Part shown: in pieces, positions 1-14,476 of the stretch
Layout of the letters: each line of letters opens with the position of its first letter
How positions within the stretch are numbered: position 1 is the first letter of the stretch
Source: Eledone cirrhosa
Taxonomy: Eukaryota
Reading direction: 5' to 3'
NCBI GenBank assembly: GCA_964016885.1
Contig: OZ024762.1
Coordinates: 5,332,001-5,396,000, forward strand
Length of the DNA stretch: 64,000 bases
Position numbers and translations under genes: made by a program
Notes under the pieces: model-generated
Seen by the model: the letters and a program-made list of their open reading frames with translations, nothing else
Databases searched by the model: none
Told to the model about the DNA's origin: nothing

Positions 1-76
1 GCTGCTTTCACCCTTAACGGGTTGCTCTACGGTTCTTATATATTTGATATATATTTATCCTTATCGAGCCCTCTTT

Positions 77-707
77 ATACATAGATACATACATACATAT
101 ATATATACATACATACATACATATACATATATATACATACATACATATACATATATATACATACATACATATACATACATACATACATACATGTACATAT
201 ATATACATACATACATGTACATATTTATACATACATATATACATGTACATGCATATATATATATACATACATATATATATATACATACATATATATATAT
301 ACATACATATATATATACATACATATATATATACATACATATATATATATACATACATATATATATACATACATATATATATACATACATATATATATAC
401 ATACATATATATATACATATATATATACATATATATATACATATATATATACATATATATATACATATATATATACATATATATATACATACATATATAT
501 ATACATATATATATACATATATATATACATATATATATACATACATACATACATATATACATACATATATATATACATACATACATATACATATATATAT
601 ATACATACATATATACATATATATACATACATACATATATATACATACATACATATACATACATATATATATATATACATACATATATATATATACATAC
701 ATACATA
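77..707. repeat. (TACA)n/(TA)n compound microsatellite
   Basis: Visible alternating purine-pyrimidine tract; it explains the YI/HT/MY-rich ORFs. Confidence 0.97.
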
Positions 708-1853
708 TAACTTTGAATAACTTAGAAATCTTTTGGCCAGTATTGGCCCAGGCCATGTCTAACTTAATAGCATCACCTGGCGAAGTCTTTCAATTCAGGA
801 TTTGGGCATCATGGCCCATTTGAGAAGGGAATTACTGTTTGCTGAGACATATCCGAGTGTGGGTGGTTTGTCCGGGATTACTTGGAGGAATTTGTCCAAA
901 GACTTCTTGAATTTTGTGTGGTCAGTTTCTGTTTTGATGTGTCCTGGTGTGATGTTGAAGAGAGCAGGGCCAATTGAGGTGAAATAATTGTGCCATATTG
1001 TTGTTATGAGTTGCGATTTAGATTTTTGTTTGGGACGGATAGCACGGGGCCCAAGCCTTGGGTGTATCTTGAAGGCGATGCCAACATCATTTGGGCAGTG
1101 CTGATGAAACATTTTCCACATCATGCAGATAATATAACGCTCACGGCGACGTTGGAGTGAGTAAACTTTCAACTTTTCTAGTCGACCCCAGTAGTCAAGG
1201 TCTGACATGCCATCTATCTTTTTCGTGATTGCTCTTTGGGGAGCTTCAAGTTTCATGATACTTTGTTTCGTGTGGGGAGACCACAGTGGACAACAGTATT
1301 CAAGGTGTGGTCGGGCAAAAGTGGAGAACAGAAGGATAATGGTGTGGGAATCTCTCGACTGGAAGGTTCTGAGGATCCAGGAACACATTCTGCGGGCCAT
1401 GTCAACTTTGCTGCTTATATGCGTGGCCCAGCTTATGTTGCTGTCCACAGTTACTCCCAAGTCTCTGATGTTGTTAGATGCCATGAGAGTTTCACCGGAG
1501 GGAAGGGAGTACGGGAGTTTCAGAGCATCCTCTTTTCCAAAGTGGATCAGTTCGAATTTGTCTTCGTTCAGTAACATGTTGTTCTTTTCCGCCCATTGGG
1601 TAACAGCCAGTAGGTCTGACTGAAGGCTTATCTGGTCATCCACGCCATTGATGACCTTCTGGAGCTTGGAATCATCAGCGAAAACTCTAATGTTGCTGTG
1701 TTTGATGATGGCAGTGATGTCATTAATATAGATGATGAAGAGAAGTGGGCCCAACACAGTGCCTTGTGGGACCCCACTACTGACTTTGGCTGGGCTGGAT
1801 TTGACTCCTTCGACTACAACATGTTGGGTTCTGTTTGACAGGAAGCAAATCGA
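708..1853 (-). mobile_element. 5'-truncated CR1/Jockey-group LINE (RT C-terminal half plus 3' UTR)
   Basis: ORF 795..1874 has SGVPQGTVLGPLLF, FADDSKL, RDLGV, PHLEYCCPLWSP and SLQRRRERY, typical of CR1-group RT. The 3' end runs into the (TATG)n tract. The ORF's first residues come from an adjacent SINE head. Confidence 0.9.
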
Positions 1854-2583
1854 ACTTCTTAACCACTCAGCCATACCTGTGTCCAGATACAGATCTGTAG
1901 AAAGAAATGGAGGTATAATTGACTGGTTTGAACAGGGTTATTACCGGTATTTATTTTATCGATCACACAAGCTTTGAATTTAGAAAGTAAAGACATCGTT
2001 CTATTTAAGTACCGGCAAGATATAGTTTTTATTAGTTTATTTTGTCCAGCACCAATAATTCAGTTATTGATTTCCCCCACATTTTATGAGGTAAGGGGAG
2101 GTGGGATGGGCTGGTGGGTTATATTAAATCGATGTCGGTATTAAAAAAAGCCAACGTTGCGACCTGCTAGAAATAACAATCAAAACTCCCTGAAATCACG
2201 CAACAGTGTCTTAAATAAGATAAAGGACACAGACAACGTCGTTCTAGAAACAGTGTCTCCAGCCTGGATTCTTACAAAAAATTTGGGGGGTTTGTGAAAT
2301 AAAAGGTTTTCCTATGAGCTTTAGCAGTTATTTGTGACATTCCCAAGTGTCTAATACGTTATTCTTTTATGAAATGGTATAATAAAGGAACAATTTTTTA
2401 AAATGTGTTCACAAATATATTCTTTCTATTAAATCGCCCCTCCCCCAGTACTTGATGGGGACTTGATATCCACCCCAGAAAAAGATATTCAAAGTTGAAC
2501 TCGGCAGGATTTGGACTTAGAATGTTCGAATTATAACCAGAAAAAAAACTGCAATACATTTAGTCCTCCACTGTCATAATAAT

Positions 2584-2750
2584 AATTGTTTCTACTTTAG
2601 GCACAAAGCCAGTAATTTGAAGGGGAGGGGGAAAGTCGATTAAATTGACCCCAGTGCGTTACTGTACTTTATTTTATTGACCGAGTAAAAACGGAAGGCA
2701 AAACTAATCTAGGCACAAGGCCAGCAATTTGAAAGGGAAGGCGAAAGTGG

Positions 2751-2752
<2 letters not shown>
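2584..2752 (-). mobile_element. tRNA-derived SINE fragment (family S1)
   Basis: Matches the recurring sequence GGCACAAGGCCAG...AAGTCGATTAAATCGACCCCAG...TACTTTATTTTATCGACC also seen at 33.3, 33.5, 38.6, 53.9, 55.4, 56.5 and 61.9 kb. Confidence 0.75.
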
Positions 2753-2833
<81 letters not shown>

Positions 2834-2838
<5 letters not shown>

Positions 2839-3320
2839 CCACGTTTGGTGAAAATTTAAATAAGTGATATTGTCATTATTTTAAAACAATAGGTCTTTAA
2901 AATGCTTTTAATTAAGCATACAATGTATTGCAAAATACACTATATATACATTCATATATATATATCACTATTTCAGAGCACCAATTCTAATTTTCAATTT
3001 CTGGTGGACCGGCAACCACTCTGTATAATCAGTTCCTGATTATTACTGGAATTCTATAAGAATCCAACACACATAATTTTCAGCAAACAGGAGGTGTAGT
3101 GAGCTTTGATAAGTACCAAAAAGTATGAAACAGAGCTCTGTCAGTTTATCTCCCTTGTTTGCTGAGAATTTAAATAAGTGACATTACCACTATTTTAAAA
3201 CAATAGCGTATGGTCTTCAAAATGCTTTTAATTAAGCATACAGTATATTGCAAAATACACTATATATACATTCATATATATATATATCGCTATTTCAGAG
3301 CACCAATTCTAATTTTCAAT
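2834..3320 (+). mobile_element. Retrozyme/Penelope pLTR-like mini-element: about 1.5 tandem units with a hammerhead motif
   Basis: Direct repeat 2834-2998 vs 3148-3320 (period about 315 bp), hammerhead-like motif at 3101-3147, (TA)n on both sides. Confidence 0.7.
3101..3147 (+). ncRNA. Type-I hammerhead ribozyme motif, variant core
   Basis: GAGCT-TTGATAA-GTAC CAAAAA GTAT-GAAA-CAG AGCT CTG-TC-AGTTT; stem I extended by 3077-3093 pairing with 3150-3168. Confidence 0.6.
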
Positions 3321-3439
3321 ATATACATGTATATATATATATATATATCATCATCATTTTACGTCCGCTCTTCCCTGCTTGCAAGGGTGGGACAATATAC
3401 ATATATATACATATATATATATAAATGTATATATAAACG

Positions 3440-3583
3440 TGGTTGGTGTTAGGAAGGGCATCCAGCCGTAGAAAACCCGCCAGACAGTCCCGAGCAAGAC
3501 AACCAATCTTGCCTCAAGTAGGACAATTCCCATCCAGACCCATGCTAGCGTGGAAGATGGACGTTAAACGATGATGATGATGA
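3440..3583 (+). mobile_element. SINE/RTE-type 3' end with (ATG)n tail
   Basis: GGTTGGTGTTAGGAAGGGCATCCAGCCGTAGAAA...CATGCTAGCGTGGAAGATGGACGTTAAACGATGATGATG resembles the RTE 3' terminus at 6138-6200. Confidence 0.65.
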
Positions 3584-3598
3584 TATATACATATATAC

Positions 3599-3631
<33 letters not shown>

Positions 3632-3741
3632 CATATACATACATATATATATATATACACATATATACATATACATATATATACATATATATACATACAT
3701 ATATATACATATATATACATATATATACATATATACATATA

Positions 3742-5913
3742 TCTGAAATAGCGGAGATGCTGGAGAGAAGGCATGTGGATGTGTGCAAGAGGTGAGATGG
3801 AGAGGTGCTTCTGCGAGACTAGTCGCAGGCAAACATCTTAGCTATAAGCTTTTCTGGGTAGGTAAGGATGATGGGTTCGGGGGAGTAGGTATTTTCCTGG
3901 CTGAGAGATGGATCAATAAGACAGTAGAGGTAGTTTGAGTTAGTAATCGAATAATTAAGCTTAGATTAGTTGTAGGCAGGAGACTACTGACAATCATCTC
4001 TGCCTATGCTCCCCAAGCAGGCCTAGGCAAAGAAGAGAAAAACTGCTTTTACGAGCAACTTTTACAAACAACCGCAATGACAGACAACGGAGACATTGTC
4101 ATGCTAGCAGGGGACTTCAATGGTCATGTTGGACAGCTCCAGGATGGTTACTCTGGGGTACATGGTGGGCACGGTTACGGCTCAAGAAATGAAGAAGGAG
4201 TGAGACTTCTTGAATTTTGTGATGCAAGTACACTGACTATTTGCAACACTAACTTCCGGACACCTGCCAACCACCTAATAACCTATAAATCAGGCGAGCA
4301 CATAAGCCAGATTGACTTCTTATTAGTTAGGCAGCGGGACAAGCAGATGGTTTCTAATACCAAGGCAAACCCTGGGGAAGAATGTACCCCTCAGCATAGG
4401 TTAGTCGTTAGTAATATCTCAGTAAGCAAGAGATGGAATGAGACATACAGGAAGGTGTGGAAAAGAAAGGTCTGGAAGCTAAAAGACCTTTCACTAAAAT
4501 ACAAATTTAGGAAAGCCCTTCAAGATGTGTATGACGAAAAAGAAGACGATTTAGAGATGTATGACATGGGTAATAACTGGAATTTTTTACTTGACAACTT
4601 ACTGCAGGCTACTGATGAAACTTGTGGCTGGATCAGAGCTCCAACCAGACAGGGAGTGACCCTGTGGTGGAACAGCACAGTAGATAAGGCCATTAGAGAC
4701 AAAAGACTAGCATGGAAGGCTTGGAAAAAGGGTGGGAGTAGGAAAGGATATACAGCCGCTAAGAGCTAAGCTAGACATCAGGTGTACTTAGCACGCAGGG
4801 AGGCTGAGAGTAGGAGGTTTGCCAATGTTCTGTGACGGGAAGATCAGAGGCGTGCGGTGTTCCACATTGCAAGGCAGTGTGTCAATGCAAATCAGGATGT
4901 TGTTGGAGATAAATGTGTCCAGAATGATGCAGGTGTACTTAGTGTCACGAATGATCAGAAAAAGGAGGCCTAGAAATGTCATTATGAGAGACTGATGAAT
5001 GTGGAGAATGAATGGGAGAGAGAGAAATTACCCTCAGTAGATCCGACAGAGGGACCAGCTATTGAGATTGATGAATATAGGGTCCACGAGGCGATTAAGG
5101 AAATGAAAAATGGTAAGGCTGCTGGACCATCGGCGATAGTTGCTGAGATGCTGAAGGCATCAGGGGACGTAGGCACTAAACTGGTTGCACGCATCATCAA
5201 TCAGGCTATATATGGTGGTGTCATACCCAAAGACTGGTGCAGCAGTATTCTCATAAATTGCTACAAAAGTAAAGGGGTTGCTCTGGAGAGGAGCAATTAT
5301 AGGGGTATAAAACTGATGGATCAGGTTATGAAAGTGGCATAAAGGATATTAGCACAACTAATTAGAGAAAGGGTCAAACTAGATGAGATGCAGTTTGGTT
5401 TTGTGCCTGGGAAGAGTACAACAGATGCCCTCTTCTTGATGAGACAATTACAAGAGAGGTTCTTAGAGAAAAATAAGCCACTCTACTTAGCCTTTTTTTA
5501 CCTAGAGAAGGCCTTTGAAAAGGAACTGGCATAAATTCTATAAAATGCACACAATGCAGATCCTGGGTAGACAAGAGATGTAGCGGGGTAGCAGGCAAAC
5601 TAACAGGTAGGGAGAAATACGTATGAAGTAGATGTACAGGGAAATTAGAGAGTAGAAGTCGCATTGATAGACACATTTTTCAAATGCAGGTGGGTGCTAT
5701 AGAAGTGGTGGTTAGCTTCCGGTACCTAGGAGATCAGATTAGCATGGGAGGGGGGGGGCGTGTTCCGAGGCCATAGTATCTAGAATAAGGACGGGTTGGA
5801 AGAAGTTTAGGGAGCTGCTTCCTCTGCTGCCAAAGAAGGGTTTCTCCCTGCATACGAAAGGCTGGTTATATGATGTCTATGTGAGGAGCGGACGTAAAAT
5901 GATGATTATGATG
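3742..5913 (+). mobile_element. Degenerate RTE-clade LINE (APE endonuclease, RT start, C-terminal Cys-rich part) with two internal deletions
   Basis: SAYAPQ, GDFNGHVG, SQIDFLL, PQHRLV (APE); GKAAGPS, NYRGIKL, QFGFVPG, LEKAF (RT); multiple stops; ends in GACGTAAAATGATGAT tail. Confidence 0.92.
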
Positions 5914-5993
5914 ATATATATATATATACATATATACATACATACATATACATATATACATACATACATACATACATACATACACATACATAC

Positions 5994-6036
<43 letters not shown>

Positions 6037-6137
6037 CATACATATACATACATACATACATATACATACATACATACATATACATACATATACATACATA
6101 CATATATATACATATATATACATACATATATACATAC

Positions 6138-7051
6138 ATACATCATCATCATCATCATCATTTTACGTCCGCTTTTCCCTGCTTGCAAGGGTGGGACGGG
6201 TCTTATTCAGCACAGCATCTCTCCACTCGTCACGGTCCCTCGTCATCTCCACCGTGAGCTTCAATGATCTGAGGTCTGTTCTCACCACCTCCGCCCATGT
6301 TTTTCGTGGTCTACCTCTACTACGTCTTCCTTCAACTGGCATTTCCTGGCACTTCTTCACCCATCGGTCATCCTCCATGCGCATCACATGTCCATACCAC
6401 CTCAGTCTCCTCTCCCGTACACTACATTCTATCCCTCTCAGACACAGTTTCTCTCTCAACACATTTATGCTGGGTCGTTCACGCACATTTACACTGCACA
6501 TCCAACGGAGCATGCTTGCCTCATTTCTCTCCAGCCGTCGCATATCTTCTGCGGTAGCTGCCCATGTCTCACTACCATGCAGCATCGCGCTCCTCACACA
6601 GGCATCATACAACCGGCCTTTCGTATGCAGGGAGAAACCCTTCTTCGTCAACAGAGGAAGCAGCTCCCTAAACTTCTTCCAACCCGTCCTTATTCTAGAT
6701 ACTATGGCCTCGGAACACCCTCCTCCCATGCTAATCTGATCTCCTAGGTACCGGAAGCTATCCACCACTTCTATAGCGCCCTCTCGCATTTGAAAAATGT
6801 GTCTATCAGTGCGACTTCTACTGTCTAATTTCCCTGTACATCTACTGCATACATATTTCTCCCTACCTGTTAGTTTGCCTGCTATCCCGCTACATCTCTT
6901 GTGTACCCAGGACCTACATTGTGTGCATTTTATAGAATTTATGCCAGTTCCTTTTCTGCATATCGAACATGGCCATTTCCCTGACGGAATCAGGGTTTTG
7001 TCCTCTTTTCTACTCATCAACACTTTTGTCTTAGCTAGATTTACTCTCAGA
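6138..7051 (-). mobile_element. 5'-truncated RTE LINE 3' portion with intact reading frame
   Basis: C-terminus of ORF 6163..9006: [16 protein letters not shown]...[39 protein letters not shown]; (ATG)n tail. Confidence 0.93.
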
Positions 7052-7435
7052 TTTATACATACATCTAGATTTATACATACATATATATACATACATACAT
7101 ATATATACATACATACATATATATACATACATACATATATATACATACATACATACATATATACATACATACATACATACATATATATACATACATACAT
7201 ACATATATATACATATATACATACATATACATACATATATATACATATACATACATATATATATATATATATATACATATACATACATATATATATATAT
7301 ACATATACATACATACATATATATATATACATACATATATATATATATACATACATATATATATATACATACATATATATATACATACATATACATATAT
7401 ATATATACATACATATATATATATACATACATATA

Positions 7436-7476
<41 letters not shown>

Positions 7477-8125
7477 ACATACATATATATATATATACAT
7501 ACATATATATATATATACATACATATATATATATATACATACATATATATATATACATACATATATATATATATACATACATATATATATATATACATAC
7601 ATATATATATATATACATACATATATATATATACATATACATATATATATATACATATACATATATATATACATATACATATATATATACATATACATAC
7701 ATATATATATATACATACATATATATATATACATACATATATATACATATACATACATATATATATATACATACATATATATATATACATACATATATAT
7801 ATATACATACATATATATATATACATATACATACATATATATATATACATACATATATATATATACATACATATATATATATACATATACATACATACAT
7901 ATATATACATACATATACATACATATATATACATACATATACATACATATATATACATACATATACATACATATATATACATATATATACATACATATAC
8001 ATACATATATATACATACATACATATATATACATACATATACATACATATACATACATACATATACATACATATACATACATACATATACATACATATAC
8101 ATACATATATATACATACATATACA

Positions 8126-8173
<48 letters not shown>

Positions 8174-8562
8174 CATACATATATATACATACATATACAT
8201 ACATATACATACATACATATACATACATATATATATATACATATACATACATATATATATATACATATACATACATATATATATATACATATACATACAT
8301 ATATATATATACATATACATACATATATATATATACATATACATACATATATATACATACATATACATACATATATATACATACATACATATATATACAT
8401 ATACATACATATATATACATATACATACATACATATATATATATATACATACATACATATACATACATATACATACATATACATACATATATATATATAC
8501 ATATATATATATACATATACATACATATATATATATACATATATATATATACATATACATAC

Positions 8563-8611
<49 letters not shown>

Positions 8612-8760
8612 CATATACATACATATATATATATACATATACATACATATATATATATATATACATATACATACATATATATATATACATATACATACAT
8701 ATATATACATACATATACATACATATATATACATACATATACATACATATATATACATAC

Positions 8761-8807
<47 letters not shown>

Positions 8808-8938
8808 CATATATATACATACATATACATACATATATATACATACATACATATATATACATACATACATATATATACATACATACATATATATATATAT
8901 ATACATACATACATATACATACATATACATACATACAT
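7052..8938. repeat. About 1.9 kb (TACA)/(TA) compound microsatellite
   Basis: Visible in sequence. Confidence 0.97.
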
Positions 8939-9074
8939 AGACTCTCGCTATTCCCTGTCATTAAATGGCTCAAAGGAGAAGGAATCCCGAGCCCTTTACA
9001 ATACAATATGTAGAAAAGATACCAGAGAGAGAGAGAGCACTATCTCCCTCTGGTGTTATCTTTACATATTTTAT

Positions 9075-9842
<768 letters not shown>

Positions 9843-9844
<2 letters not shown>

Positions 9845-9923
9845 GGGTGTCCCCCCGCCCCAAAAAATGTATACACATTTCAACAGCATTCTAATAAATA
9901 TGTGTATACATTTTTAGAGACAC
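9843..9923. mobile_element. Tiny Tc1/mariner-type MITE
   Basis: CAGGGTGTC...AAAAATGTATACACAT / ATGTGTATACATTTTTAGAGACAC inverted termini. Confidence 0.5.
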
Positions 9924-12120
9924 ACACACGCATATATATATATATATATTACTGACCCACCAGCCGTGAATCGATGTTTTAATACCAACATCATCACCAC
10001 CACCGTGTGTCAATTGATAGAAATCAAACAGCAGCAGCATTAATAGTAAACACAAGGGGGAATGGTAGGAAGAGAGAGAGGGCGAAAGAGAAAGGAAGGA
10101 AGAATGGTAGGAGATAGAGATCGAAAAAGAAAAAAAGGAAGAAGAAGAGACTAAGAAAAAAGAAGGGAAAGAATAAGCGTAGGAGAGAGAGAGAAGGAAA
10201 AGAAAAACATCGGTGAAAGAAGAGCAAGGCATGGCATGTAAGATACTAAAATATGGCTTGGAATAAGAAGACACGCAGTCAGCCAATAAACACAACACCG
10301 CCTCCTCCCACTCCTGTCGTTACTTCTCCTCACACCGCCACATTGCTAGACAGAGATGGAGGGGGAGGCGGAGACGGTGGGTAAACAAACAAACAACAAC
10401 GACAACAATAGTAACAGACGTATAACTGTCCTGTCGAGGGTGTATAGAGGGTGTATAAAATTGAAACAACCCTTCCCCGCCACACACACTTTCTCGACGG
10501 GAGATGTAGTAGTATTTATAGCAGCAGTTACTACAATAGTAATAATAATAGTAGTAGTTGTAGTAGTAACAATTCTTATATACTAAAAAATTAATTATAG
10601 TAGTAGTAGTGAGAGGAGTACTTAACTATAAGTATCAATATAGAGAAGAGATTAATTTTTCTCCCTCTTCTCAAATATTACATGCAAAATATATAGAGAG
10701 AGGAAGAGGGTTTTACATAAAGAAGGCTTGGCACAAACATATATATATATATTATACACACGTATATACATGTGTGTGTATATATAAAGGAGACGGATGG
10801 ACATACTCATAACGCGCACACACACACACACATATATATATATATAAATACACACACACACACAGGAACACTCACATATACACACGTTCTGCATGGATGT
10901 GTGTATCCGCATAATATTAGTTAATTGACTTTTCCGTTGAGTTTTCGGTAAACAATACTTATACAAACCATTGTATGTTATATATATATATATATATATA
11001 TAATTATACACACATATATATATAATACACTATTCTCAATTAGTAACTGTTTATTAAACACAGTTTATATATAGAAAGATATTAATTTACTTCGTATATA
11101 CAAGTGTATAACTACATTTCTGTATATGTAAATATAAATACGTATAAATATAAATTACATTTATTTCGTGTGTGTGTATATATATATATATACATATACA
11201 CATACACACATTAATATATATAATAGTTTGTGGGTGTATTCAGATTAATAGAGTATCTGGGTGTATACAGTTTGGGAGTGTTTTATATATACATTTATAC
11301 ACTTTAGCTGTCTATATTTACGTATATACAGTATATAGTTACATATGTAATCAATTTCAGGGTGAATACAAATATATACCTATATATATTTGAATAATAT
11401 ACGCGAATATTTGTTAAATAAAAATTCCCTTTGCAACATAATGATATATAATCTACACATATTTGTCGCATTAAGAAATATATATAAATATACATATACA
11501 TGGGTGTGTATGGTAATTATTTTACAGGATATATAAATCATATCGTATTTGATTCTCGTCTGAATTCATTATTGTTCAGGCTTAGCCATTTCCTTATCAG
11601 TTTAAATCATTATATATATCTATATATATACATATATATAGTGTGTGTGTGTGTGTGTGTTTATAAATAAATGTATATACACGTATGTATATAAATATAT
11701 ATTTATATACATGTATGTATATAAATGTATATAGATAGATTATATCTATATACGTACATTGGTTGTGTACATATACATGTTTCGTATCTATGTGCACGTG
11801 AATGTGTATATATGCAGGCTGCTCGTACTATGTATACATACATAATATGTATATACATATATATATATTTACTAGATATAGAAGCTGCGCGTCTATATAA
11901 AACACACATTTTATATATATATATATATGGGAGGTATATATATATATTATATATATATATATATATAATGAAGAAACAAAGAAATCAATTTATTATTATC
12001 ATAATAATAATTATTAATATTATCATTATTATTATTATTAATATAATATATATATTTTTTAATTTAAAGAAAGACCTGGAATAAAAATCAGAAATGTGTA
12101 GAAGAGTGAGTGCTCCTTAC

Positions 12121-12484
12121 CTATTTGTAAAACATTGGCTACAGCATTGCCCTCCAGAAGACGTACGCCGTGATTAAAGGGCAACTTCTGGTTTTCTCCG
12201 TTGTCCTTGCAGGCATTAGCCAAAGACGAATACATACATATATCCATTTCATTGCGTGGGAATGACCAGTAAACGATGCGGTTTTGTACGGGTTCAGGTA
12301 TCCGGTCAAATCGAAGTTCCACCGACTGGAAGGCTATGTTTTCGGCCACAACTTTGGCGCAGATATCCAATAGCGTGTCCACTTGGCTTCCGCGCACCTG
12401 CTCAACCTCGTTCCACTGGTCGCATGTCGGACCAGTAGAAGACGACGACAGGCCAGTACATAGTCTCTTCTTAACCAACGCCAT
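12121..12484 (-). CDS. ZSWIM4/5/6: First coding exon of a ZSWIM4/5/6-like SWIM zinc-finger protein (BC-box/cullin-box region)
   Basis: TLLDICAKVVAENIAFQSVELRFDRIPEPVQNRIVYWSFPRNEMDICMYSS...LPFNHGVRLLEGNAVANVLQIG matches my recollection of the ZSWIM4/5/6 N-terminus (RIPEPVQRRIVYWSFPR..ICMYSS..LPF..G..LL..G.V.NVLQVG). Phase-1 donor AG|GTAAGG at 12121/12120. Candidate acceptor TTATTATTTTAG at 12509 and an in-frame TGA upstream of the ATG. No next exon recognised in 1-12120. Confidence 0.92.
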
Positions 12485-13065
12485 TGAGTATCATCTGATA
12501 GCATTCGGCTAAAATAATAAAGCATATACGCACATACACACCATACCACACCACGGCTACTAACTACATACCGATTACATATATTATACATAGACACCAC
12601 ATCACAACATATCACAGATATTATATAGCATGTACATAGATACACGACCAGCCGATATAATTATATATATCTATATATATATATATATGGGGATAGACAG
12701 ATAGATATATGTTTGTATTGTCGGGGAGCTTGGTACGTCCGTCTCACCGTGTATTTCTCAATAGTTGTAGTGATAGTAAAGAGAGAAATGGTGGTGGTGT
12801 GTAATATGTGAGTAAGTGTGGTGTATTGTATGGGCCGTGTGCTAGTACGTATTATGTGTCTGTGTGCCGTGTCTATGCGATGTGTGTGCCTGTGTGTTAC
12901 GGCCACGGCTGACAGGAAGCGAAGAGACACACCGAGTGGAGGTGGGGAGAGTGACTCCTCACTCTCAATTCTGAATTGAGATTGAGAAAAGGCAATGTGT
13001 GAGAGACACAGAGAGGTAAAGGGTGCGTATGTATATATTTATGTGTATGTATATATTTATTTATG

Positions 13066-13097
<32 letters not shown>

Positions 13098-13219
13098 GTG
13101 CGTGTGTTTGTATGTATGCGTAGACTTACAAATTATATACAGGTATAATTAGCTGTCGGAACGGCAAGAGCTCAGTCGTCGGGCCCCGACTTTTTCTAAC
13201 CTCTCTCTCTCCCCCTCTC

Positions 13220-13281
<62 letters not shown>

Positions 13282-13550
13282 GAGAGAGAGGGGTTTACAT
13301 ACATATATGTAAATATACACCTATATACATCAATAAATATATATATATATATACATGTATGTTTAATATATATATAATCATATATACTCATATGTATACA
13401 CACACATATATATCTATGCGTGTGTATCTTTGGACTATTTCCATAGTTCTGTAGAGGTGGGGTGTACAGCGTGCGGAAGTTGGATTAAAGACGGGATACT
13501 GGGAACTTTAGCAAGATATATTCAATACTTTGGTTGCTAAACATCTTTAA

Positions 13551-13585
<35 letters not shown>

Positions 13586-13609
13586 GGTGTGTATATATAC
13601 ACGCATTGT

Positions 13610-13678
<69 letters not shown>

Positions 13679-13762
13679 GAATGGACCTGTTATTTTTATC
13701 TAAAAACATTTTTTCCAATTCCATCCCGCCCGTCGCCTCAATCTATCTTATTTCTCATTCTT

Positions 13763-13798
13763 TCTTCTGATGAAGGACTAGCGTCCGAAACGTTAAGA
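13763..13798 (+). ncRNA. Minimal type-I hammerhead ribozyme motif (Penelope-like)
   Basis: TCTT-CTGATGA-A-GGAC TAGC GTCC-GAAA-CG-TT-AAGA. Confidence 0.75.
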
Positions 13799-14152
13799 CC
13801 CTCTTCCTGCTATATCAAGTGTTAACCTATTATATCCCTTCCATATACTGTTCCGACTGTGTTGTTATTTCTGTTTATTACCTTTTACATACATATATAT
13901 ATATATACATACATATATATATACATACATATATATATATATATATACATACATATATATATACATACATATATATATATAATGAAAAATTAGTGGATAT
14001 CGCGAGTGGATATCACCGTTGAAATGGCATGAGCTCAGTCGTCGGGCACTAACCTTTCATTATACATACACTCTACTTTCCAAAATATCGCGTACTTAGC
14101 TGAACATGGTCTCACTAGTCTTAACTGGTTACTTCCAATCTCTCTCTACCCC

Positions 14153-14280
<128 letters not shown>

Positions 14281-14426
14281 GTTTGGTGTGTTAAGCTGTA
14301 TATTGTTATTAACTTTCTTACAACCTGCACATCTAACTTTTTTCCTTGTTCAGATGCCCCCCCCCCCTCTCTCTTTCTCCCTTCTTCTCTGTTTATCTTT
14401 GTCTCTCTCCCTTCCGCAGTGCATCA

Positions 14427-14476
<50 letters not shown>

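Noticed and set aside
1-35. Minus-strand ACCC GTTAA GGGT-GAAA-GCAGC hammerhead-like half
   Set aside because: No CTGANGA and cut by the window edge; cannot be evaluated.
6163-9006. 947-aa ORF as a real protein
   Set aside because: Only about the last 295 aa are RTE-derived; the rest is a stop-free microsatellite fused in frame by chance.
12059-12120. C-terminal 20 codons of the ZSWIM ORF
   Set aside because: They lie past the GTAAGG donor and similarity ends there, so they are intronic.
12121-12484. Assignment to ZSWIM8/Dora/EBAX-1
   Set aside because: RIPEPVQNRIVYWSFPR and ICMYSS fit the ZSWIM4/5/6 group better than the ZSWIM8 pattern as I recall it (QLQLRIAFWSFP, IRLYS).
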